A DNA stretch of 64,000 nt from Candidatus Nomurabacteria bacterium. Lineage in GTDB: Bacteria; Patescibacteriota; Patescibacteriia; HK-STAS-PATE-3. The position numbers and the translations under genes were made by a program. A model generated the notes under the pieces. It did no database searches. It had not been told where the DNA came from and saw only the letters and a program-made list of their open reading frames with translations. Each line of letters opens with the position of its first letter. Position 1 is the stretch's first letter. This document shows positions 7,667-15,751 of this stretch, one piece after another. The stretch covers positions 288,001 to 352,000 of the forward strand of contig CP060223.1 of the NCBI GenBank assembly GCA_023898465.1, in the 5' to 3' direction.

Positions 7667-10600
7667 ATGGACTCTGCCCCATTAACACTACAAACGAAGA
7701 CACTGCAGAGGTCTTCCGATCTAAATAATTACAGACTCTATCGCGCAGCTCTTGAATGGGAGTTGATTGATCCTATTGTCATAGAAGACCGGGATGACAT
7801 GCATTCCGAAAGTAGTTGGCGTGATCGTCTTGAGCCGTATCATCATCAAGTAACTAACCTAATAACTTTTTGTCGTCGCCTACCTGTTACTTTACTGGCG
7901 GATGATGTCGGGTTAGGAAAAACAATTAGTGCTGGCCTAGTTTTAAGCGAGTTAATTTCGCGCGGGAGAATTTCAAAAATATTAATAGTTTGCCCAAAAA
8001 TACTTCGAGATCAGTGGAAAGAAGAATTGGAAATAAAGTTCCGAATTCCGTCCACAATTGTGACAGGAAGAGAATTAATTACGGCAAAGCCTCCTGAAGA
8101 ACCAGGAGCGGTAATTACCACATACAATACGGCCAGACTGTATTTAGATAGAATTGACCAGAATGGTTTTGAAATATTGATACTTGATGAGGCGCATAAA
8201 TTGCGGAATCTATATGGTGTTGACCCAACACCTCAAGTTGCAATTAAATTCCGTAAAGCTCTGGCTGACCGGATGTTTAAGTACGTATTAATGTTAACTG
8301 CAACGCCGATCCAGAACAGACTATGGGATCTCTACTCGTTGGTTGACTTATTAACCGTTGCACGCGGCCATGAAAATCCCTTTGGAACGCCAGGTATTTT
8401 TGCGAGAAAATTTATTGCAGATAGTCGCACACAAGCGCGTCAGCTTAATCCGGAGATGCGGGATGAGTTTCGCTCAATTATTTACGGTTATATGTCTCGG
8501 GTTCGTCGTGGAGATGCAAAACTCCACTTCCCAGAGCGGGTAGTACAGTTGCATAAAGTTGACCCAACACCAGAAGAATTGCAGTTGATCGGTGTGGTCG
8601 GAAAATCTATACAACAACTGAATGCGCTTACACAAATTGTAATCCTCCAAGCTTTGGTGAGTAGTCCAGAAGCGCTAATAAAGATGTTAGAAGGAATGGC
8701 TAAAAAAGGAACCGTACCGCGTGAGGTGTTGGCGAACGTTAAGGAATCAGCCAAAGAAATTCAAATCACTACAAAACTAAAAGGTTTGGGCGCGTTAGTT
8801 GAAAAACTTAGAAAGGAGCAACCCAATACTTGGCGGGTGGTAGTTTTTACAAGATGGCGAGAAACTCAAACAACTATCGAAACTTTTCTTGAAAAGCAAG
8901 GAGTAAAATGCGGCTTGATAAATGGCGATTCAAGTAAGCGAAATCAGGAAACAATCCAAAGATTTAAAAAAGACTTACCAGACATTAATGTAATTATTTC
9001 TACTGAAGCAGGTTCGGAGGGCGTTAACCTTCAGGCCGCTAATGTTTTGGTTAATTACGATCTCCCCTGGAATCCAATGATAGTGGAACAAAGAATAGGT
9101 CGTATTCAAAGACTTGCTTCTAATTATGCAAATGTTTCTATTTTTAATATTGTTTTGCAAAATACCTTTGAAGAATATATTGTAGGGCGCTTGATGGAAA
9201 AGTTGCAGATGGCTTCTCATGCAATTGGGGATATTGAAGCACTATTGGAAGCATCCGGCATTGATGAAGGTGAAGAAAATGGCTCAAGTGGTTTTGAAGA
9301 AAAAATTCGCCAGTTAGTAGTTGCATCTTTAGCTGGAAAAGATGTTGAGCAGGCAACTCGTAAAGCTGAACAGAGTATTTCAGAAGCTAAAACAGAATTA
9401 GACCATGAAGAAAAGAACATTAATGCTTTACTTGGGGGGATGAGTGATTCTCTAGATTCTGGTCCAAGATGTCCGAAGCTTCCTCAAACTACTAAGTCGA
9501 TGGATGTCCGTGATTTTACTACGGCTGCTCTTATGAGCTTAGGCGCGGAACTACATCCAAAAAAGGATGGTTTATTAGTTTCACAACTTGCTGGGAAAAA
9601 AGAATTAATCCGATTTGATAATAACACTCTGAGCAGTGAAGAGGAGAGTGTCTTATATGCACCGGGAACTTCAACTTTTGAACGCTTAGTCCATAAAGTT
9701 GCAAATGTAGGAAAACACATTGTTGAAGACCTTGATAAAAACCCCCAACAGCAAATTGAGAAAGTAAGTCGTCAATGGGTCGAAAGTTTTGGCGGAGACT
9801 TCGAAAATGTAACGGTAGAGGACGTTTCTCGATGTTTTGCAGGAGTAGCAATAATTCGTGCAAGATCAACAGTAGCTCACGATAGTTATGAGCGTCTCAT
9901 TGAGGTTTCGTGCGCTCCCACTGAGCATTTCAGTTTTGTGACAAGAACGGGATTGGAACCCATCGGAGACTATATTGAAAATCCGACATCTGTTGGTGCG
10001 CTTTCAGAAAAATTAATTGAAAAAGCCAGCCAAGACTCGAGTATTCTTGAGTTCTGTAGATTTTATTTAGAACGAAGATCTCAAGAAATTGCCTCCGCAG
10101 GAAATGACGAAAGAAAAAAGAAAAAGCTTGAGGATGAGTTTACGCCCCGTCTTGAATTTTCCCTAGTCGGTCTTGAGGGCAAGGTTCATCGGATAGTTAA
10201 AAATCAGGTCTCTTATAGAATTGAACGTGAGGGCCAATACAAAAGTACCCTCATGATAACCCCCTCTTCTGGGCAAGTTGATATGCCGGGGATGGGACAA
10301 TGCATGAAAACAGGTAAGACTGTACCGAGCGATTGCTTAGCAAAGTGCGAAATAAGCGGACTTATAGTATTGCGGCATTTTCTTGATCAATCAGAGATCA
10401 GTAATCGACTGGCGCTCCCTGAGCACATCGTTTTATGTACGTTAAGCAACAAGCGAGTGCTAGCGGACGAAGCTATAAAATCAGATGTTACGGGCAAACT
10501 AGTCGCAAAGAAGTTTTTAAAAACATCTTCTCTGAGTGGCAAATTCGCTGAACCACAGTTCATTAACACTTGTGAGTTTACAAAAACAGAAGTTCTGGAA

Positions 10601-11194
10601 AGCGAAATTGCGGTCAGCCAGATTTCAGGAAAAAGATATCGCATTGATGAGCAACTTAAATCCGCAGTTTCAGGAAAACTAGGCCATCGACAAGAATTTG
10701 TAGCAAGTAGTATTTCATCAGCCCCACTTCTTGAAGAAGAAGCCATTCGTTCGGTCACTGGAAAATTTTGTGCACCAATGGAAGCGAGGCCCTGCACTTG
10801 GAGTGGTCGAAAGTGTCACCCCGAAGACCTTAGGACTTGCGAGTTGACCGGAGTCCAAATTCATTCAGAGTACGTAACGCTCGAACCACCAATTCGTTTA
10901 GAAACCCTAAATAATCTTTTGAATGGCACGAGGAGCAAATCTGACAAATTGGAAGTATGGCCTTCACTTTCAAATAGCGTTACAGCTTTATTAAAAGCAA
11001 AACGTTGTAAAATTGAAACAGCAGAAGTTTCACCTAGTGACGATATTTTGGCCGCTTCTATAGAGCTTCGAACTTTTCTAGGCCTGCGCGTGAGTCACAT
11101 TGGCGTACTTTATTCAATAAAGGATGGATCCGTAGTCGGGCGTGTTGCTAGAGGCAAGCGTGGTGATAAGGGCTGGAATCAAACTAAGAACTAA
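7667..11194 (+). CDS. SNF2-family DEAD-like helicase (1175 aa) with a long uncharacterised C-terminal extension containing 15-aa tandem repeats
   Basis: Motif I ADDVGLGKT, motif II LILDEAHKLRN, motif III LTATPIQN, helicase-C STEAGSEGVNLQ and motif VI DLPWNPMIVEQRIGRIQR. About 600 aa after the helicase core have no recognised domain. Low-GC region. Confidence 0.85.
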   Translation: MDSAPLTLQTKTLQRSSDLNNYRLYRAALEWELIDPIVIEDRDDMHSESSWRDRLEPYHHQVTNLITFCRRLPVTLLADDVGLGKTISAGLVLSELISRGRISKILIVCPKILRDQWKEELEIKFRIPSTIVTGRELITAKPPEEPGAVITTYNTARLYLDRIDQNGFEILILDEAHKLRNLYGVDPTPQVAIKFRKALADRMFKYVLMLTATPIQNRLWDLYSLVDLLTVARGHENPFGTPGIFARKFIADSRTQARQLNPEMRDEFRSIIYGYMSRVRRGDAKLHFPERVVQLHKVDPTPEELQLIGVVGKSIQQLNALTQIVILQALVSSPEALIKMLEGMAKKGTVPREVLANVKESAKEIQITTKLKGLGALVEKLRKEQPNTWRVVVFTRWRETQTTIETFLEKQGVKCGLINGDSSKRNQETIQRFKKDLPDINVIISTEAGSEGVNLQAANVLVNYDLPWNPMIVEQRIGRIQRLASNYANVSIFNIVLQNTFEEYIVGRLMEKLQMASHAIGDIEALLEASGIDEGEENGSSGFEEKIRQLVVASLAGKDVEQATRKAEQSISEAKTELDHEEKNINALLGGMSDSLDSGPRCPKLPQTTKSMDVRDFTTAALMSLGAELHPKKDGLLVSQLAGKKELIRFDNNTLSSEEESVLYAPGTSTFERLVHKVANVGKHIVEDLDKNPQQQIEKVSRQWVESFGGDFENVTVEDVSRCFAGVAIIRARSTVAHDSYERLIEVSCAPTEHFSFVTRTGLEPIGDYIENPTSVGALSEKLIEKASQDSSILEFCRFYLERRSQEIASAGNDERKKKKLEDEFTPRLEFSLVGLEGKVHRIVKNQVSYRIEREGQYKSTLMITPSSGQVDMPGMGQCMKTGKTVPSDCLAKCEISGLIVLRHFLDQSEISNRLALPEHIVLCTLSNKRVLADEAIKSDVTGKLVAKKFLKTSSLSGKFAEPQFINTCEFTKTEVLESEIAVSQISGKRYRIDEQLKSAVSGKLGHRQEFVASSISSAPLLEEEAIRSVTGKFCAPMEARPCTWSGRKCHPEDLRTCELTGVQIHSEYVTLEPPIRLETLNNLLNGTRSKSDKLEVWPSLSNSVTALLKAKRCKIETAEVSPSDDILAASIELRTFLGLRVSHIGVLYSIKDGSVVGRVARGKRGDKGWNQTKN
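10301..10893 (+). repeat. about 12 tandem degenerate 15-codon repeats encoding [CS]-x-h-[ST]-G-[KR]-x8 within the helicase C-terminal region
   Basis: Protein-level periodicity: CEISG, CTLSNK, SDVTGK, SSLSGK, CEFTKT, SQISGK, SAVSGK, SSISSA, SVTGK, CTWSGR, CELTGV at 15-residue spacing. Confidence 0.7.
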
Positions 11195-11195
11195 T

Positions 11196-12686
11196 ATGAA
11201 CCCTCTACTTACAAAAACCGATTATCTTCTTTACCGGGAATGCCCAAAGAATGTTTGGTATAAAATCCAAAAACCTGAATTGTATGCTACATCGGAGCTA
11301 ACAGAGTTTGAAAAATCGATAATGGAAACAGGTAATGAGGTTGAAAAGATTGCAAGGCAACTTTTTCCAAACGGGGTGTTAGTAACTTATCGTGATGCGC
11401 GCGGTCAAGCTGAGACACAAAAGCTATTGGCGGAGAACAAGGATGTGATTTTTCAGCCAGTTTTTGTCAAAAATAACTTTTTGGCTGCTATTGATGTTCT
11501 ACAAAAAGAAAAGAATGGCAAGGGCTACAATGTTTACGAAATAAAATCGACTAGTGATGTAGATAAGAAAACACATTTTCACGACCTAGCATTTCAAGTA
11601 AACGTTCTCAGAATGACAGGCCTGGGAATTAATAAATCATTTGTCATTCATCTAAACTCTGAATATATTCGAAAGGGAGAAATTGAGCTGGATCAGTTAT
11701 TTAAAGTATCAGATGTGACGGATGAAGTAGAAAGTCTTTTACCGGATGTTGCGACTGAGGCGGAAGAAGCATTGAAGTATATTAGCCAAACTTCTGAACC
11801 AGAGGGGTACTGCTGCTGTATTTATAAAGGTCGATCAAGGCATTGTTCAACCTTTCAGCTAGCGAACCCCGAAGTACCCGAATATAGTGTCCACGATATT
11901 TCTAGGATAGGGGTAAGCAAGGCTAAATTAAAAGAGCTAATTGACGGAAGTATTTTTCACCTGGACAAGATTCCGCCACACATTAAATTAAGCGAAATTC
12001 AACAAGGTCAAGTTGAAACCTATAAATTGAATAAGGTATTAGTAGATAAGGAAAGAATTGCGGAAGAATTTAGTGGTCTCACATTCCCACTTTATTTTCT
12101 TGATTATGAAACATTTCCATCAGCAATACCAAGATATGATGGCTTTTCACCATATAAACAAATTCCGTTCCAGTATTCTGTTTACAAACTAGATTCAGTC
12201 GAGAGTGAGCCAACTCATTTTGATTTTTTGTACTCTGGTCCCGAAGACCCCAGCAAGCACTTTGCCGAGTCTTTAAGGGAACATATCGGGGATAAAGGCT
12301 CGATCATCGTTTGGCATAAAGACTTCGAGTGTGGCAGAAATAATGAAATAGGTAGTCGAATTCCTACTTCGAAGGCTTTTTTTGACTCTGTTAATCAGCG
12401 AGTATACGATCTCGAAGACATTTTCAAGAAACAATACCACGTTCATCGAGATTATAAGGGAAGCACATCTATTAAAAACGTATTGCCTGTTTTAGTGCCA
12501 GAATTAACGTATAAAGACCTTGAAATTCGTGATGGTGGCAGTGCAGCGGATAGTTGGGACAAAATAATTAGTGGTGTATATAACGAGACAGAGAAAGAAA
12601 AGGTAATAAAAGATTTAAAGATTTATTGTGGTCTTGATACATTTGCAATGTATGCTATTTGGAATTGCTTGAACAAGCTACTCTAA
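11196..12686 (+). CDS. Cas4/RecB-like PD-(D/E)xK nuclease with Cys cluster fused to a DEDD-like 3'-5' exonuclease domain (DUF2779-like architecture)
   Basis: N-terminal Cys (YRECPKN), D...EIK nuclease motifs, QxxxY-like motif, CCC-x8-C cluster, then FLDYETF (Exo I-like DxE) and YDLEDIF...H motifs. Start is 1 nt after the helicase stop, so translationally coupled. Confidence 0.6.
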   Translation: MNPLLTKTDYLLYRECPKNVWYKIQKPELYATSELTEFEKSIMETGNEVEKIARQLFPNGVLVTYRDARGQAETQKLLAENKDVIFQPVFVKNNFLAAIDVLQKEKNGKGYNVYEIKSTSDVDKKTHFHDLAFQVNVLRMTGLGINKSFVIHLNSEYIRKGEIELDQLFKVSDVTDEVESLLPDVATEAEEALKYISQTSEPEGYCCCIYKGRSRHCSTFQLANPEVPEYSVHDISRIGVSKAKLKELIDGSIFHLDKIPPHIKLSEIQQGQVETYKLNKVLVDKERIAEEFSGLTFPLYFLDYETFPSAIPRYDGFSPYKQIPFQYSVYKLDSVESEPTHFDFLYSGPEDPSKHFAESLREHIGDKGSIIVWHKDFECGRNNEIGSRIPTSKAFFDSVNQRVYDLEDIFKKQYHVHRDYKGSTSIKNVLPVLVPELTYKDLEIRDGGSAADSWDKIISGVYNETEKEKVIKDLKIYCGLDTFAMYAIWNCLNKLL

Positions 12687-12690
12687 ACCT

Positions 12691-13392
12691 ATGAGCTTTC
12701 TTAAGATTTTTAGTGATGATTCTAAAGACAAGCCAAAAGAAAATGATAGTCGGAAACCTGAATGTCCATACTGTCAGGGCGTTTTAGTTAAAATTCCTGC
12801 TAGAAAAACAAAATGTTTTCACTGTGGGAAATATATTTTTGTACGAACACAGACAAAGGACAGAAAGCTCGTTTTGGTTACTGAAGAAAATTCGGCCGCG
12901 ATAGACTCTGAATGGGAGTCAAAACAAGCCGCTACGATCACTTCATTGGTGGAGAAAGTAGATTTTACAAAGAAAAAAGAAGGTCTGCGCGAAGGGTTTG
13001 GGGACAAGGAACCCTCCGTTAGTGACATAAAGTGGGGCTTGTGGAACAAGAGGCTTCAGGAAGCAATGAAACGCAATGATTTTTCAGAACTTTCAGGAAT
13101 ATATTTTCAAATGGCTCTGCGCTTGCACGAAAGTGGAAAAGACAGCTTTAAACTTCAGGGCCAGGCTCAAAAAATGTTTTTGTTTAAAGAAAAGCAAAGC
13201 GGTGTTGTTTCTAGCGTAGAGGTTTTTTCTAGAGATGGCTGTGAAGAATGTAAGAAAATAAACGGAAAGAAATTTGTTATTTTTGAAGCACTAAAACTCA
13301 TGCCACTACCCGTTCAATCCTGCACAAACAAACTGAATAAGAATGCGCCCAATGGTTGGTGTCGATGCACTTTTCTTCCTTTTATAGATTAA
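12691..13392 (+). CDS. double zinc-ribbon protein (hypothetical)
   Basis: N-terminal CPYC-x18-CFHC and C-terminal CEEC...C-x3-C...CRC motifs. Begins 4 nt after the nuclease stop. Confidence 0.5.
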   Translation: MSFLKIFSDDSKDKPKENDSRKPECPYCQGVLVKIPARKTKCFHCGKYIFVRTQTKDRKLVLVTEENSAAIDSEWESKQAATITSLVEKVDFTKKKEGLREGFGDKEPSVSDIKWGLWNKRLQEAMKRNDFSELSGIYFQMALRLHESGKDSFKLQGQAQKMFLFKEKQSGVVSSVEVFSRDGCEECKKINGKKFVIFEALKLMPLPVQSCTNKLNKNAPNGWCRCTFLPFID

Positions 13393-13545
13393 GACTTTGC
13401 CACCAATACTTTTGTTTCGGTCGCTGAGCATCCACCCTTTTTATCCCCCTCTGCCGATCTTCTAAAAAGAAACGGGAATTTAATCACGTAAAAAATAAAG
13501 AGGACCCATTATAACCCCTTGCCTCCGTCATTCGCGAACGACGGG

Positions 13546-13574
13546 GTTGACAGGGCTTTTTTGTTATACTATTC
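13546..13574 (+). promoter_or_regulatory. sigma70-like promoter of the hrcA operon (TTGACA-17-TATTCT)
   Basis: Consensus -35 hexamer, 17-nt spacer, reasonable -10, immediately upstream of CIRCE. Confidence 0.55.
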
Positions 13575-13579
13575 TTGTT

Positions 13580-13606
13580 TTAGCACTCAAATATTGAGAG
13601 TGCTAA
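13580..13606 (+). promoter_or_regulatory. CIRCE operator (TTAGCACTC-N9-GAGTGCTAA), HrcA binding site
   Basis: Perfect 9-9-9 inverted repeat matching the CIRCE consensus, 10 nt upstream of hrcA. Confidence 0.9.
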
Positions 13607-13615
13607 TTCAAGCCC

Positions 13616-14341
13616 ATGAAGCTCTCAGAACGACAACAACACATATTACAGGCCGTGATTCAAGAACACCTGGTGCAGGGGAAGCCGGTTGGTTCGCAGC
13701 AACTGGTGACGGCCGGTGGATTCGACGTGTCGAGCGCGACTATGCGCAATGAAATGGCTGAATTAGAGGAAAAGGGCTTTTTAACGCATCCCCACACCTC
13801 AGCCGGTCGGATTCCGACGGAGCAGGGTTGGCGCTACTACCTCGACCATATCATTGAAAAAAAAGAGCTAAGTAAAAAGGAAGAAAGCTATCTGCAGCAG
13901 CAAGTGAAAAGCAGCGAGCCAGCTGGTCCGCAAAAAGTGAAAACCTTAGCCAAAGCACTGGCTGAGCTGTCAGAAGAAGCCATCATGATCGGTTTCGCGC
14001 CAAATGATGTGTACTACACCGGCTTGCGTAACCTTTTCTCTAAACCGGAATTCCAGGATTTTGCCGTGGTGACGCAGTTGTCTGAAGTGATTGACCATTT
14101 GGACGAGGCCTTGTCTCGCTTATTTCTACGAAAAGAAAAGTCCCAGCAGGATGTAACAGTATTAGTGGGACAGGAGCATCCTTTTGGCGCTGACTGCAGT
14201 GTCATTATGACGCAGATTCCGGTGGCCAAGGGGAATGCGACCGGTATACTCGGTATCCTGGGCCCGATGCGGCAGCAATATGCAGACAACATTGCTCGAT
14301 TAGATTATTCTCGTCATTTACTTACTGAATTATTTTCCTAA
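13616..14341 (+). CDS. hrcA: heat-inducible transcription repressor HrcA
   Basis: N-terminal winged helix (ILQAVIQEHL...PVGSQQL) and context: CIRCE upstream, grpE-dnaK downstream. Confidence 0.8.
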   Translation: MKLSERQQHILQAVIQEHLVQGKPVGSQQLVTAGGFDVSSATMRNEMAELEEKGFLTHPHTSAGRIPTEQGWRYYLDHIIEKKELSKKEESYLQQQVKSSEPAGPQKVKTLAKALAELSEEAIMIGFAPNDVYYTGLRNLFSKPEFQDFAVVTQLSEVIDHLDEALSRLFLRKEKSQQDVTVLVGQEHPFGADCSVIMTQIPVAKGNATGILGILGPMRQQYADNIARLDYSRHLLTELFS

Positions 14342-14344
14342 AGC

Positions 14345-14848
14345 ATGAGCACGAACGAAAACGAAGTCCAAGAAGACACTTCACCTGAAATGAGCACCCT
14401 GCAAAAGAAGGCGGAAGAGTACCTAGCCGGCTGGCAGCGCGCCAAGGCAGACTATCAAAACCTGAAGCGTCAGAATGAAAAAGAGCGCGAAGAGCTCATG
14501 AGTATGACCACTGGTGCGCTCATCCTCGACCTCCTGCCCGTGAAAACCAACTTTGACCTAGCCTGGCAACATCTGCCAGAGGATCTGAAAGACCACGCCT
14601 GGGTAAAGGGCATGGAACACGTGCAAAAGCAGTTTACCGAATTTTTACAAACCCTGGGTATTAGTTCCTATCAACCATCACATGAAGCCTTTGACCCCAG
14701 TAGCATGGAAGCGATCGAGCACACGGCTGACGCAGAAGTGCCCGAGGGTCAGGTGATCCGCACCACTGAGCCAGGCTATCGGATGCGCGACAAAGTCATC
14801 CGTCCGGCCAAAGTGGTGGTCAGCTCAGGTCCTAGTCAAGAATCGTAA
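14345..14848 (+). CDS. grpE: nucleotide exchange factor GrpE
   Basis: Size, coiled-coil N-terminus, AGWQRAKADYQN motif, position between hrcA and dnaK. Confidence 0.8.
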   Translation: MSTNENEVQEDTSPEMSTLQKKAEEYLAGWQRAKADYQNLKRQNEKEREELMSMTTGALILDLLPVKTNFDLAWQHLPEDLKDHAWVKGMEHVQKQFTEFLQTLGISSYQPSHEAFDPSSMEAIEHTADAEVPEGQVIRTTEPGYRMRDKVIRPAKVVVSSGPSQES

Positions 14849-14883
14849 TCTTCTCTCAACATTAACCCTTAAGGAGAAACACT

Positions 14884-15294
14884 ATGGCAATTATCAAATG
14901 GAGTCCTTTTGCAGACATGCTTGGCGAAGATTTCTTCGAAGACATGCCGCTGGCTCGTAATTATCGCTTTGTCCCGGCCCTCGACATTTATGAGGATAAG
15001 GACAACATCGTAGTAGAAACCCCACTCTCGGGCATTGATCCAAACAAAGTAAATATTGAGATCGAGGACAACATCCTCAAAATCTCTGGATCAACCGAAA
15101 AGAAATCCGAAGTGGATGAAAAAAACTACTACCGCAAAGAAGTCCGCAGTGGACAATTCTTCCGCTCGGTTGCCCTGCCAAAAGCAGTGGATGCAGATAA
15201 GGCTGATGCGCAATATCACGACGGTATCCTGAAAATCACCGTGCCAAAGCGCGAAGAAGCCAAGCCAAAGACTATTTCCGTTCAAGTAAAGTAA
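14884..15294 (+). CDS. Hsp20/alpha-crystallin small heat-shock protein
   Basis: Alpha-crystallin domain pattern (PALDIYEDKDNIVVETPLSGIDPNKVNIEIEDNILKISG). AGGAG RBS. Confidence 0.8.
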   Translation: MAIIKWSPFADMLGEDFFEDMPLARNYRFVPALDIYEDKDNIVVETPLSGIDPNKVNIEIEDNILKISGSTEKKSEVDEKNYYRKEVRSGQFFRSVALPKAVDADKADAQYHDGILKITVPKREEAKPKTISVQVK

Positions 15295-15358
15295 ATTCGC
15301 CGTTTGAGCAGCCCCGCCTACGCTAAAAGCTTTGGCGGGGAACTGAGACGAGGAACCT

Positions 15359-15715
15359 ATGTCACAACAACGTATACCAGCCCCGCAATTTAATAACCCG
15401 CTCCTGCGGATGAATGGTCGCTGTCCGGTCTGCAATAGTTTGTACGACGTTCAGCAGCTGCGCATCCTGGCTGAAAAAGAGCAGTCTATCCTGGCGCACC
15501 TCGAGTGCAGCAACTGCTCAACCGCGGTGCTGTCTTATCTGCAGTTGAGCGGCATGGGCTTATCCAATCACGCATTGATTACGGATTTAACTCCGGATGA
15601 GGTGCACGATCGGATGGGAAGCTCGCCGCCTATTTCCAGCGATGACATCATTCTCTTCCACAGCTATCTGGAGAATGAGGTCAAGGCGACTGATCTCTAC
15701 AGTGAAGATAGCTAA
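15359..15715 (+). CDS. hypothetical zinc-ribbon protein within the heat-shock operon
   Basis: CPVC...CSNC motif. No other similarity recognised. Confidence 0.4.
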   Translation: MSQQRIPAPQFNNPLLRMNGRCPVCNSLYDVQQLRILAEKEQSILAHLECSNCSTAVLSYLQLSGMGLSNHALITDLTPDEVHDRMGSSPPISSDDIILFHSYLENEVKATDLYSEDS

Positions 15716-15751
15716 CACTTATTTGTAAATCTCTTTAATCTCAACACACCT

